NCBI GenBank assembly: GCA_965222075.1
Contig: OZ244937.1
Coordinates: 2,848,001 to 2,912,000, forward strand
Length of the DNA: 64,000 nt
Source of the DNA: Candidatus Latescibacterota bacterium
GTDB lineage: Bacteria > Latescibacterota > UBA2968 > GCA-2709665
Direction: 5' to 3'
Part shown: piece after piece, positions 1 to 9,562 of the stretch
How positions within the stretch are numbered: the first letter of the stretch is position 1
Layout: each line of letters begins with the position of its first letter
Made by a program: the position numbers and the translations under genes
Notes under the pieces: model-generated
What the model was told of the DNA's origin: nothing
The model's database searches: none
What the model saw: only the letters and a program-made list of their open reading frames with translations

Positions 1-2
1 CC

Positions 3-1217
3 CGCTTCGCTACCGGAGAGGTCGACTTCGACATCGGCTGTCCCACCCTCGAAGACTACCTCTCTCTCTTCCCGGGAAACACCCCCTGCAACGTCTACCC
101 CCAGGTCCCCCACTGCGCCATCCGCCTCAGCGTCTGCGGCTGGGACCCCGCCCCGGCCAGCGACAACCAGACCGCCGCCATGGCCGACCTCACCCGGGCA
201 TGGATGGACGCCGGTGCCGGCTGCCTCTGCCTGGGCCTGGACTACCAGCCCAGCGCCAACGCCGACCTGCGCGAACTCGTCGCCCTCTGCAAAGTCGCCG
301 CATCGTATGGCGGCATCTACGCCGCCCACATCCGCTATCACACCCTCGGCCGGACGGCCGCCTGGGAAGAAACGATCGATCTTTCCCGCCAGGCCAACAT
401 TCCCGTCCACATCTCCCACGAAAGGGTAGACGACGAATCCGCCGACCTCCTCGACCGTGTCGACCGCGAGGACATCGACCTCACCTTCGAGTCCTACCTC
501 TACCCCGCCGGCATGAGCCACATGACCATCATGCTCCCCGTCGAATACCAGATCGGCACGCCCGAGGAGGTTATCGGACGCCTGAAAGATCCCGACATTC
601 GGGAAAAGACCCTCCCTCACCTCTCAGGATGGCTCGGCGAATGCAATCAAACCGTCGGCTACACCTGCTCCGGGCGCTATATCGGCCGGACCCTCTCCGA
701 AATCGCCGCAGAAGCCGGCAAATCCCCCGAGGCCTTCGCCTACGACCTCATCCTCGAAGAAGAGGGCCTCTCTGCCTTCATCTTCCCCTGGCAGGTCCCC
801 TCTGAAGAGGCCGAAAGCACCATCGCCCGAACCGCTGTCCACCCTCGCATGCTGGTCGCCAGCGACGGCATCTACAACATCCCCCATCCCCACCCCAGAG
901 GCTTCGGCTGCTTCGCCCGCGTTCCCGGCCGCTTCGTCCGGGAGAAAAAGCTCCTCTCTCTGAAGGAAGCCATATACAAAATGAGCGGCTTCCCCGCCCG
1001 CCGCTACGGCCTCAAAGACCGGGGAGAGATCGCAAGAGGCAAGGCCGCCGACCTCGTCATCTTCGATCCCCAGACCGTGCACGCCTGCGCCACGTTTGAG
1101 GACCCCATTCAGCCCCCGGTCGGTATCGATTATGTGATGGTCAACGGTGAACTGGCCGTCGAAAACGGCACGCCCACGGGGAAGTTGCCCGGTCGGGTGT
1201 TGCAACGCTCTGCCTGA
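3..1217 (+). CDS. N-acyl-D-amino-acid deacylase family amidohydrolase (5' truncated by window edge)
   Basis: Frame is open from position 3. Motifs YAAHIR, VHISH, VASDG, PHPRGFGCFAR, GEIARGKAADLVIFDP and PGRVL match D-aminoacylases. Confidence 0.85.
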   Translation, partial: RFATGEVDFDIGCPTLEDYLSLFPGNTPCNVYPQVPHCAIRLSVCGWDPAPASDNQTAAMADLTRAWMDAGAGCLCLGLDYQPSANADLRELVALCKVAASYGGIYAAHIRYHTLGRTAAWEETIDLSRQANIPVHISHERVDDESADLLDRVDREDIDLTFESYLYPAGMSHMTIMLPVEYQIGTPEEVIGRLKDPDIREKTLPHLSGWLGECNQTVGYTCSGRYIGRTLSEIAAEAGKSPEAFAYDLILEEEGLSAFIFPWQVPSEEAESTIARTAVHPRMLVASDGIYNIPHPHPRGFGCFARVPGRFVREKKLLSLKEAIYKMSGFPARRYGLKDRGEIARGKAADLVIFDPQTVHACATFEDPIQPPVGIDYVMVNGELAVENGTPTGKLPGRVLQRSA

Positions 1218-1254
1218 GACGGGGAACACCAGCTTGGGGGCATTGTTTTCACCC

Positions 1255-1283
1255 TTGATTTCTGATCAAAATGCGCCTATATT
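1255..1283 (+). promoter_or_regulatory. Putative sigma70 promoter of the acp cluster
   Basis: TTGATT-17nt-TATATT. Confidence 0.5.
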
Positions 1284-1401
1284 TTCGACTTTAGTGAATG
1301 ATTCAGGTTCAAAAGGCCTGGACATACGCATCGTGGATAGAGACGCTGCGGCGGATCTGAAAAACACCGGTTCAAACGGCTGATCAAAAGGAGGAAGAGC
1401 T

Positions 1402-1644
1402 ATGGAGCGCGAAGAGATTAAAGCGCAGGTCTACAGCGTCATCGCGCAGGCCCTCAAGATTGACCCCGAACAGATTCAGGAAGAGCACATGTTCACGGCC
1501 GACCTGGGCGCCGAATCCGTCCAGTCCGTCGAACTGATGGCCGGCTTCGAGGAAGTCTTCGACATCGAAATGGACGAGGACGAGGCCCTGGCCGTGCAGT
1601 CCGTCGGAGGGGCCATCGACTTTATCGCGAAATATGTGAATTGA
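1402..1644 (+). CDS. Acyl carrier protein (atypical GAESVQ motif)
   Basis: 80-aa acidic protein. FTADLGAESVQSVELMAGFEEVFDIEM aligns with ACP DLGADSLDxVELVMxxEEEFxIEI. Strong SD AGGAGG. Confidence 0.9.
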   Translation: MEREEIKAQVYSVIAQALKIDPEQIQEEHMFTADLGAESVQSVELMAGFEEVFDIEMDEDEALAVQSVGGAIDFIAKYVN

Positions 1645-1664
1645 GGGAAGAGGAGGATCACACC

Positions 1665-3056
1665 ATGAAAACCTGGAACCTCATAGAAACCGATGAACCC
1701 AACCTGCTCGATGAGCAGTTTGACTACGACTTGCCCCCCAGAATCCTCTTTGACGGTCCCATTTACGAAGCGATCGACGGGCAGACCGTTAAGTTTGACC
1801 CTCAGGAGGCCATCTCCCGCGACCTGGTCATCACCGACACCACCTTCCGCGACGGCCAGCAGGCCCGGCCGCCCTATACCGTGGAGCAGCAGGTCACCCT
1901 CTACAATATGATGGCCAGACTCGGAGGGCCCAACGGCATCATCCGCCAGACCGAGTTCTTCCTCTACACCAGGAACGACCGCAGGACCTTGGACGAGTGC
2001 CGGGCCCTGGGGCATCGCTACCCCGAGATCACCTCCTGGATCCGCGCGGACAAGGGCGACTTCCGCCTGGTCAAAGAGGTGGGCGTCAAAGAGACCGGTA
2101 TGCTCACCTCCTCCTCCGACTACCACATCTTCATGAAACTCAAAAAAACCCGCAAACAGGCCTTCGAGGACTACCTGGAAGTGGTCGACGCCGCCTGGGA
2201 GGCCGGCATCCGTCCCCGCTGCCACCTTGAAGACGTGACCCGGGCGGACATCGAGGGGTTCGTCCTCCCCTTCGTCTCGGAACTCATGCGCCGCTCCGAA
2301 CAGGTCCCCCCGGAGCTGCACGCCAAAATCCGGCTCTGCGACACCATGGGGTTCGGCATCAGCTATCCCGGCGCCGCCCTGCCCCGTTCGGTTCCCAAGC
2401 TGATCTACCGCATGACAAACGACGCCGGGGTACCCTACGACTGCTTAGAGTGGCACGGGCACAACGACTTCCACAAAGTGCACGCCAACGGGGCCACCGC
2501 CTGGCTGTGCGGCTGCAACGCTGTGAACACCACCCTCTTCGGCTTCGGCGAGCGCACGGGCAATCCCCCCCTGGAAGGCGCGGTGATGGAATATATCGGC
2601 CTGAAGGGAGACCTCTGCGGCATCAACACCCGGATGATCCAGGAAATGGCCGAGTATATGCGCTCCATCGGCGTGCAGATCCCGCCCAACTATCCCTTTG
2701 TCGGGCGGGACTTCAACACCACGCGCGCCGGCATCCACGCGGGCGGACTGCGGTCCGACGAGCGGATCTACAATATCTTCGACACCACGACCCTCTTTGG
2801 ACGTCCCCCGAGGGTGGCCATCACCGACAAGACCGGTGTGGACGGGGTGGCCTTCTGGGTCAACGAATACTTAGGCCTCGAAGGCAAAGAGCGGCTCAGC
2901 AAGATCAAGGTCCACAAAATCGCGCGCTGGGTGATGGACCAGTACGAAGTACACGGCCGGATGAGCGCGATTACCGACGAAGAGCTGGAAGAACAGGTCC
3001 AGACCCACCTCTCCGAACACTACGCCCGCTGCAAGGGAGCGCCTGTGGCTGGCTGA
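1665..3056 (+). CDS. Re-citrate synthase-like DRE-TIM metallolyase (isopropylmalate/homocitrate synthase family)
   Basis: ITDTTFRDGQQARPPYT, GPNGIIRQTEFFLY, EWHGHNDF, GERTGN and FNTTRAGIH resemble clostridial/syntroph Re-citrate synthase. SD AGGAGG before ATG 1665. Confidence 0.8.
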   Translation: MKTWNLIETDEPNLLDEQFDYDLPPRILFDGPIYEAIDGQTVKFDPQEAISRDLVITDTTFRDGQQARPPYTVEQQVTLYNMMARLGGPNGIIRQTEFFLYTRNDRRTLDECRALGHRYPEITSWIRADKGDFRLVKEVGVKETGMLTSSSDYHIFMKLKKTRKQAFEDYLEVVDAAWEAGIRPRCHLEDVTRADIEGFVLPFVSELMRRSEQVPPELHAKIRLCDTMGFGISYPGAALPRSVPKLIYRMTNDAGVPYDCLEWHGHNDFHKVHANGATAWLCGCNAVNTTLFGFGERTGNPPLEGAVMEYIGLKGDLCGINTRMIQEMAEYMRSIGVQIPPNYPFVGRDFNTTRAGIHAGGLRSDERIYNIFDTTTLFGRPPRVAITDKTGVDGVAFWVNEYLGLEGKERLSKIKVHKIARWVMDQYEVHGRMSAITDEELEEQVQTHLSEHYARCKGAPVAG

Positions 3057-3122
3057 TCGGATGTGGAGAAAACAACAGAAAGAGCCGCATCGAAGCACGT
3101 GCGGCTCTCTGTCCGTATAAAA

Positions 3123-4097
3123 ATGACACTGATCGATCAATTCATCGCACGGGCGAAACAATCGCCCGGACGGGTGGTGCTCCCCGAAGGGGAAGACGAA
3201 CGGGTGGTCCACGCGGCCGCCCGTCTGGCCGCCGAAGGCATCGCCCTTCCCATCCTCTTGGGAAAAAGAGAGACGGTGCTGGGCCTGGCGGAGGGCCGTG
3301 CCCTGGAGGGGGTCACAATCGTCGATCCCGGGACATCTCCGGAATCGCCCCGGTACTGCGAGACCTATGCCGGGCGCAGGGCGAGCGTCACGCCCGGCAT
3401 TGCGGCACGGCTGATGAGGCGCCCGCTCCTTTTCGGAGCGATGATGGTCAGTGAAGGCGATGCGGATGCCCTGGTCGCCGGCGTATCCAAACCCACGGCC
3501 CAGGTCATCTCGGCCGGGGCGCTGGCCATCGGCTATGCCGAGGGTGTCACCCGGTTCTCCAGCCTTTTCATCATGGCCCTTCCCGGTCCGCCCGAACGGG
3601 TACTCGTCTACGCCGACGCCGCCGTAGCGGTCGATCCCTCCCCTGCGGAACTGGCAGAAATCGCCGTAGTCACGGCGCGCAACGCGCAAATCCTGCTGGG
3701 CATCGAACCGAAGGTCGCGATGCTCTCCTTTTCCACCCACGGCAGCGCGGACCACAAACGGGTCAAAAAGGTCCGCGAAGCCGTTTGCCTCGCCCGGGAA
3801 ACGGCGCCGGATGTCCTCATCGACGGCGAACTGCAGGTCGACGCCGCGCTCTGCCCCCGCGTGGCCGAACTCAAGTGCCCTGCCTCTCCCCTGAAAGGAG
3901 AGGCCAACATCCTCATCTTCCCCGACCTCGATTCGGCCAACATCGCCTACAAACTCACCCAGTACCTGGCGGGCGCCCAGGCCATCGGACCGATCCTGCA
4001 GGGCTTTCAAAAGCCCATCAACGACCTCTCCCGGGGCGCCTCGGTAGACGACATCGTCGCCGTCTCCGCCATCGCCGCGCTCCAGGCCGCCAGGTAG
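3123..4097 (+). CDS. pta: Phosphate acetyltransferase (short form)
   Basis: VVLPEGEDERV, KVAMLSFSTHGS, IDGELQVDAA, FPDLDSANIAYKL, GPILQG, NDLSRG. Confidence 0.9.
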   Translation: MTLIDQFIARAKQSPGRVVLPEGEDERVVHAAARLAAEGIALPILLGKRETVLGLAEGRALEGVTIVDPGTSPESPRYCETYAGRRASVTPGIAARLMRRPLLFGAMMVSEGDADALVAGVSKPTAQVISAGALAIGYAEGVTRFSSLFIMALPGPPERVLVYADAAVAVDPSPAELAEIAVVTARNAQILLGIEPKVAMLSFSTHGSADHKRVKKVREAVCLARETAPDVLIDGELQVDAALCPRVAELKCPASPLKGEANILIFPDLDSANIAYKLTQYLAGAQAIGPILQGFQKPINDLSRGASVDDIVAVSAIAALQAAR

Positions 4098-4260
4098 GGT
4101 CGCCCTCGTCCCTAATGTTACAACCATCGGGGGCTTATCGGGCACGTTCTCTGGTATCTCTACAAGTCTCCCTAAACCACTGGTCTCCGACCGCCAAATG
4201 TGGTATATTGGACCGTTCAAACCGACCGGCCCAGTTCACCCCAAATCGACCGGGGGGCCT

Positions 4261-5232
4261 ATGGCCACGGTGGGGTTCATCACCCATCCCGACTACTTGG
4301 AACACGACACCGGCCCCAGGCATCCGGAGCGGCCCGACAGGCTCCGGGCCATCCTGCAGCGGCTGGAAGAGACGGGCCTTCAGAAGGAACTCCTGGCCAT
4401 ACCGCCCCGGGCCGCCGAGGTCGCCTGGCTGGAAAAGGTCCACACGAAAGAACACGTGGCCAATGTAAAATTCCGGTGCGAGCAGAACCTCCCCCACATG
4501 GGCGACGGCGAGACCATGGTCTCTTCCCGCTCCTTCAAAATCGCCCGCTTAGCCGTGGGGGCTACCTTCGATGCGGTAGACGCCGTCGTAGACGGGCGCG
4601 CCGGCGCCGTGTTTTGCGCCGTCAGGCCGCCAGGGCACCACGCCGAGCGCGACCGTGCGATGGGATTCTGTCTCTTCAACAGCGTCGTGATCGCCGCCCG
4701 CTACATCCAGGAGACCTGCAACCTGGAACGGGTAGCCATCATCGACTGGGACGTCCACCACGGAAACGGCACCCAGCACATCCTGGAAGGTGACCCCACC
4801 GTCTTCTACTTCAGCGCGCACCAGTACCCCCACTACCCCGGTACAGGAAGCATCCACGAAGTCGGCATCGGGCCGGGAATGGGCGCCACCCTTAACGCCC
4901 CTATGCAGGCGGGCGCCGGAGACGAGGAGTATCTGAAAGCCTTTGACGAGCGCTGCCTGCCTGCTATGGACTGGTTCTGCCCGGAATTCGTCATCATCTC
5001 CGCAGGCTTCGACGCCCACAGGGATGACCCCCTCTCCGCCACCCGCGTCACCGAAGCCGGCTTTTCCGAAATGACCCGACGCGCCATGGCCATCGCCCAG
5101 ACCCATGCCGGGGGTCGCCTCATCTCCGTCCTGGAAGGCGGCTATGACTTAAACGGCCTTTCGTGCAGCGTAGAGGCCCACCTTCGCACCCTGATGGAGG
5201 GCTGTCCCCTCCCTCTTCTCCCACGCTTATAG
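4261..5232 (+). CDS. Histone deacetylase family (AcuC-like) Zn deacetylase
   Basis: HPERPDRL, RPPGHHA, GFCLFN, DWDVHHGNGTQ, SAGFDAH, LEGGY. Confidence 0.9.
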   Translation: MATVGFITHPDYLEHDTGPRHPERPDRLRAILQRLEETGLQKELLAIPPRAAEVAWLEKVHTKEHVANVKFRCEQNLPHMGDGETMVSSRSFKIARLAVGATFDAVDAVVDGRAGAVFCAVRPPGHHAERDRAMGFCLFNSVVIAARYIQETCNLERVAIIDWDVHHGNGTQHILEGDPTVFYFSAHQYPHYPGTGSIHEVGIGPGMGATLNAPMQAGAGDEEYLKAFDERCLPAMDWFCPEFVIISAGFDAHRDDPLSATRVTEAGFSEMTRRAMAIAQTHAGGRLISVLEGGYDLNGLSCSVEAHLRTLMEGCPLPLLPRL

Positions 5233-5240
5233 GAGATTCA

Positions 5241-6116
5241 GTGAGCCCATCCAACCCCAGCGTCGCATTCCAGGGAGAACTGGGTGCCTTCAGTGAGATG
5301 GCCGCCCGGACCTACTTCCACGAAGGGGTAACCGTAGTTCCCCTGCCGAGTTTCCCGGAACTCTTCCAGGCTACAGAAAACAAAACCTGTACCCACTGCA
5401 TCGTCCCCATCGAAAACTCCCTGATGGGAAGCATCCACGAAAACTACGACCTGCTCTTAAAACACAACCTTCAAATTGTAGGCGAACTCAAGCTCCGAAT
5501 CGTCCACAACCTGATCGTCAACCCCGGCACCCGTCTGGAAGACATCCGCCACATCTTCTCCCAACCGCCGGCCCTGGCCCAGTGCAGCGAATTTATCCGA
5601 TCTCTGGGGCATGCGGAAGCCGTGGTCGACTACGACACGGCCGGCGCTGTCAAGCGCGTCAAAGAAACCGGCGCGAGGGACGCCGCAGCTATTGCCAGTG
5701 CCCAGGCCGCGGTCGATTACGACCTGAAAATCCTCCGGAAAGGCATTGAAAACAACCACCAGAACTTCACCCGCTTTCTGGTGGTCGCCCAGCAAGCTGT
5801 CGAAGTCAACCCCGAAGACCCGGCCAAAACCTCCATCGTCTTTGCCATGAAAAACGTGCCGGGTGCCCTCTTCAAAAGCCTCGGCGTCTTTGCGCTCCGG
5901 GACATCGACCTGCTCAAAATCGAATCCCGTCCCCTCGACGGAAGGCCCTGGGAATACACCTTCTACCTCGACTTCGAAGGGCACCTCGGGCAGGATCGGT
6001 GCGCTCAGGCCGTTGAACACCTCGAACAGCTCGCAAGCTTCTTGAAAATCCTTGGCTCCTACAAACAGGGAGAAACCGTAGAAGGCAAAGCCAGAAAAAA
6101 GAGGACGAACCCATGA
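5241..6116 (+). CDS. pheA: Prephenate dehydratase (PDT + ACT, no chorismate mutase domain)
   Basis: VAFQGELGAFSE, VPIENS, NFTRF, KIESRP, FYLDFEG, LGSY. GTG start after AGGAG. Confidence 0.9.
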   Translation: MSPSNPSVAFQGELGAFSEMAARTYFHEGVTVVPLPSFPELFQATENKTCTHCIVPIENSLMGSIHENYDLLLKHNLQIVGELKLRIVHNLIVNPGTRLEDIRHIFSQPPALAQCSEFIRSLGHAEAVVDYDTAGAVKRVKETGARDAAAIASAQAAVDYDLKILRKGIENNHQNFTRFLVVAQQAVEVNPEDPAKTSIVFAMKNVPGALFKSLGVFALRDIDLLKIESRPLDGRPWEYTFYLDFEGHLGQDRCAQAVEHLEQLASFLKILGSYKQGETVEGKARKKRTNP

Positions 6117-7300
6117 AATTTGCGGACCGCATGTCGCTCCTCGGAACCGAGTCAGCCTTTGAAGTCCTGGTCAAGGCCCGTGCCCTGGAGGCCAGGGGCA
6201 GAGACATCGTACACCTTGAAATCGGCGAACCCGACTTCGACACCCCTCCCCACATCGTCGAAGCGGGCCAGAAAGCCCTCGACGAGGGGTATACCCACTA
6301 CGGCCCCTCCGCCGGCCTGCCCGAACTCCGGGAAGCGATTGCCCAAGACGTCTCCAGGTTGCGGGGCATCTCTGCCACCCCCGACCAAGTCGTCGTCACC
6401 CCCGGAGCCAAACCCATCATATTCTACACCATCCTGACCCTCGCCCAGGGCGGCGACGAAGTCATCTACCCCAACCCCGGATTCCCCATCTACGAATCGG
6501 TCATTAAATTCGCAGGCGCCAAACCGGTCCCGATTCCCCTCAGGGAGGAACGGGACTTCAGCCTCGACGTAGACGAACTGGCCGACCTCGTCACCAGCCG
6601 CACGCGCCTGATCATCATCAACTCCCCCCAGAACCCGACCGGCGGCATCCTCCCTCAGGAGGACCTGAAAGCTATCGCCGGGATCTCCGCCGCACACGGG
6701 GTCCCGGTCCTCGCCGACGAAATCTATTCCCGCATCCTCTATGACGACGATTTCCACAACATCTCCGTCTACGACGGCATGGAAGACCTCACCATCATCC
6801 TGGACGGCTTCTCCAAAACCTATGCCATGACCGGCTGGCGCATCGGCTACGGTGTCATGCCCACCGACCTGGCCGAGCACACCACCCGATTGATGACCAA
6901 CAGCAACTCCTGCACCGCCTCCTTCACCCAGCGCGCCGCCCTCGCTGCCCTGCAAGGCCCCCGCGACGCAGTGACCCAAATGGTCGCCGAATTCAAACGG
7001 CGGCGGGATATCTTCGTAGAGGGCCTCAACGCGATTCCCGGCATCCGCTGCGCCCTGCCCAGGGGCGCCTTCTACCTCTTTCCCAACATCGCTGGCCTGG
7101 GCCGCCCCTCCAAAGAGGTCGCCGAGGTCCTGCTCAACAGGGGGAATGTTGCCGCCCTGGCCGGTCCCGACTTTGGCGAATACGGCGAGGGCTACCTCCG
7201 CTTCTCCTACGCCAACTCGATCGAAAATATCCGGAAGGCCCTCGACCGCATCGCCGATGTTGCCGCAACGCTTCTTGCTGTGCCACCCCCTATTGTCTAA
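6113..7300 (+). CDS. PLP-dependent class I aminotransferase (aspartate/aromatic)
   Basis: IGEPDF, NSPQNPTG, DEIY, GFSKTYAMTGWRIG, YLRFSYA. ATGA overlap with pheA. Confidence 0.9.
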   Translation: MKFADRMSLLGTESAFEVLVKARALEARGRDIVHLEIGEPDFDTPPHIVEAGQKALDEGYTHYGPSAGLPELREAIAQDVSRLRGISATPDQVVVTPGAKPIIFYTILTLAQGGDEVIYPNPGFPIYESVIKFAGAKPVPIPLREERDFSLDVDELADLVTSRTRLIIINSPQNPTGGILPQEDLKAIAGISAAHGVPVLADEIYSRILYDDDFHNISVYDGMEDLTIILDGFSKTYAMTGWRIGYGVMPTDLAEHTTRLMTNSNSCTASFTQRAALAALQGPRDAVTQMVAEFKRRRDIFVEGLNAIPGIRCALPRGAFYLFPNIAGLGRPSKEVAEVLLNRGNVAALAGPDFGEYGEGYLRFSYANSIENIRKALDRIADVAATLLAVPPPIV

Positions 7301-7313
7301 AGGAGTAAAACAG

Positions 7314-8312
7314 ATGATCAAACTCGGTGTTATTGGATGTGCCGGCATCGCAACACATCAACTGAACTCCGTCTGGAAGGACAACCTGTTCAAACTCGTA
7401 GCGGGCGCGGATGTCCGTCCCGGCCAGATCGACCTGTTCGGGGAGAAGTTCGGGATGGCGCACGGCTACGAGGATTACCGCTGGCTATTGAGTGAGGCGG
7501 ATGTCGAGGCGGTGATGGTATGCACGCCCACCTATCTCCATGCCGAAATCGTCATTGCCGCAGCACAGGCAGGCAAGCAGGTCTTCTGCCAGAAACCAAT
7601 GGCGATGAACTCGCACGACTGCTACAGGATGATAAAGGCCTGCCGCGAGTGCGGCGTCAAGCTCCAGATCGGATTTGTTCGACGGTTCGACAACGATTGG
7701 GGGACGATGAAAGGGCTGATCGATTCGGGTGTGCTGGGGCACCCGGTCCTGTGGCGCACGATCTCAGGAGGACCTCCTCCGGGAAGCCCGTTTTTTATGG
7801 ACAGATTCGAGGGAGGCGGGCCGTTGATAGACGGGATGGTCCACAACTACGACTTCGCTTCCACCTGTTTTGGCCAACCGGTGGAGGTAAAATCGATGCC
7901 GATGAAAATCCACCATACCACCACCGCGCTGGATACCGGCACCGTCCTGGTACGGTTCGAGCGCGGAGACGCCTTGATGTGTTCCTGGTCCTGGGGGCTA
8001 CCGGCGGGGGTTCGCTCAAACGGCTGCGCGGAAATCCTGGGTCCCAACGGTGTCCTCTTCTTTCCCGGAAGCTACGACCCGGCAAAGGCCGAGGGCAAAT
8101 ACGACCCGGCCGCGCAGGGCGCATACCTCCTGGAACGGGCCGACGGGCAGAGCGAGGTGATCACCTTCGAGAAAAAGGACATGTTCCGGGAAGAAATGCG
8201 GCATTTTGCCGACTGGGTTCAAAACGACACCGAACCGCAGGTAACTGGCGATGACGGCCTTCGGGCCACGCGCATAGCGGAACTGGCGCTCAACGGCGGA
8301 GGATTGTGCTGA
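7314..8312 (+). CDS. Gfo/Idh/MocA family oxidoreductase
   Basis: KLGVIGCAGIA, HAEIVIAAAQAGKQVFCQKPMA, GGGPLIDGMVHNYD. Confidence 0.85.
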   Translation: MIKLGVIGCAGIATHQLNSVWKDNLFKLVAGADVRPGQIDLFGEKFGMAHGYEDYRWLLSEADVEAVMVCTPTYLHAEIVIAAAQAGKQVFCQKPMAMNSHDCYRMIKACRECGVKLQIGFVRRFDNDWGTMKGLIDSGVLGHPVLWRTISGGPPPGSPFFMDRFEGGGPLIDGMVHNYDFASTCFGQPVEVKSMPMKIHHTTTALDTGTVLVRFERGDALMCSWSWGLPAGVRSNGCAEILGPNGVLFFPGSYDPAKAEGKYDPAAQGAYLLERADGQSEVITFEKKDMFREEMRHFADWVQNDTEPQVTGDDGLRATRIAELALNGGGLC

Positions 8313-8404
8313 AGCAAGACCGCTCAACGCCCCAAGCCTGGATCAAGCACCGTAAGAAGATGTCTTAAAATTCCTGGTGAGTTCCCGAGATTGGAGGCTG
8401 ACCG

Positions 8405-9292
8405 ATGCAACGCAGAGAAGTCCGCTGGGAGCGTATGTTTCCCGATGAACTCGAAGCCGCTTTTGACGAATACCCCATCGCCTACCTGCCGTATGGCCTG
8501 TGCGAACCTCACGGACCGCAGAACACGCTCGGCATGGATGCGCTGAGGGCGCACAGCGTCCTCTGCCTGACCGCACGGACGGTTGGAGGCATCGTCGCGC
8601 CGCCCGAGTACTGGCATTGCCACGAGGCTGGCATCTACGGCTCCTGGGCCTACAAGAAAATCGGCGAAGCGCGCTCGTGGCTCACCGCGGTCCCCCCGTG
8701 GATCTTCTTGAAAAACCTCTGTTACCACGTCCGCGCCGTAGATGCCCTCGGCTTCCAGGGGACCATTCTCTTTTCGGGCCATTCCGGACCGCACCACAAG
8801 GACGTTCCAGTCGTCCTGAACATCCTCCAATCGCATGTCTCCACGCGCATCTACTCCCTGATAGGGATCGGAACGGATCAATCCCGGTTCAAAGACGACA
8901 AAGGGATGGGCGGCCATGCCGGCAGAGGCGAAACAACACTGCTCTGGGCCGTTGAGCCGGACTGTGTGGATCTCTCTCGTCTCCCCGCACCGGACGAGCC
9001 CGGCCCCCATTTTGCCATGGGGGATTATGTCGAATCGTCCGACCGCAGAGCAGGAGAGCAGATGGTGGCGGACATCGTCGACCACCTCGCCGCCAAAGCC
9101 GGGGAACTCCTTGCGGAATACGCCAGCTTAAAGCCCCATCACATCCCCCTCACCTTCGAACGGATCGAAGCGATCTGGGAACAGGAAATCCGCCCCCGGT
9201 TGAAAGACTTCGCATCGATGCAGGACGGATCTGAGGCACCGCCTGAAGACTCCCGCTGGCACGATAACTGGCACATACCCGACCGCGGGTAG
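8405..9292 (+). CDS. Creatininase family amidohydrolase
   Basis: YLPYGLCEPHG..LGMD, FSGHSG, GHAGRGET. Confidence 0.8.
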   Translation: MQRREVRWERMFPDELEAAFDEYPIAYLPYGLCEPHGPQNTLGMDALRAHSVLCLTARTVGGIVAPPEYWHCHEAGIYGSWAYKKIGEARSWLTAVPPWIFLKNLCYHVRAVDALGFQGTILFSGHSGPHHKDVPVVLNILQSHVSTRIYSLIGIGTDQSRFKDDKGMGGHAGRGETTLLWAVEPDCVDLSRLPAPDEPGPHFAMGDYVESSDRRAGEQMVADIVDHLAAKAGELLAEYASLKPHHIPLTFERIEAIWEQEIRPRLKDFASMQDGSEAPPEDSRWHDNWHIPDRG

Positions 9293-9534
9293 GTGGACAT
9301 CTGGCACCAGAACATCCTGTGAGTCACCCACAGTCCAGGTTCTTATCGACTCATCCGAATCCCGGCAAAGAATCCGGGCCATACAAAGTACTCGCTACCG
9401 GCACTGCGTTCGTAGGTCTCCGTGGTACGGGCAAGCGTCTTGATGAAAGCTTAACGTCCACGCAGCCTGGCGTCCGGTTTTCGGTTGCAGCAGCCTGTTT
9501 TTTAGTTATCTTTATCCACACGCTCAGGTCGGTT

Positions 9535-9562
9535 CGCCCATTCACCCATTCGCCCATTCACA
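9535..9562 (+). repeat. Octamer tandem repeat (TCRCCCAT)x3.5
   Basis: tcgcccat tcacccat tcgcccat tca directly before the lgt start. The reverse-complement unit occurs near 44294-44306. Confidence 0.6.

Noticed and set aside
2871-7348. Long antisense ORFs (449 aa, 398 aa and similar elsewhere)
   Set aside because: Opposite well-supported genes; expected at high GC3.
9512-9520. Perfect DnaA box TTATCCACA
   Set aside because: Single intergenic copy with no cluster, unwinding element or dnaA nearby; not an origin.
9293-9534. Intergenic DNA that looks like a coding remnant on the minus strand
   Set aside because: No recognisable motif or start.
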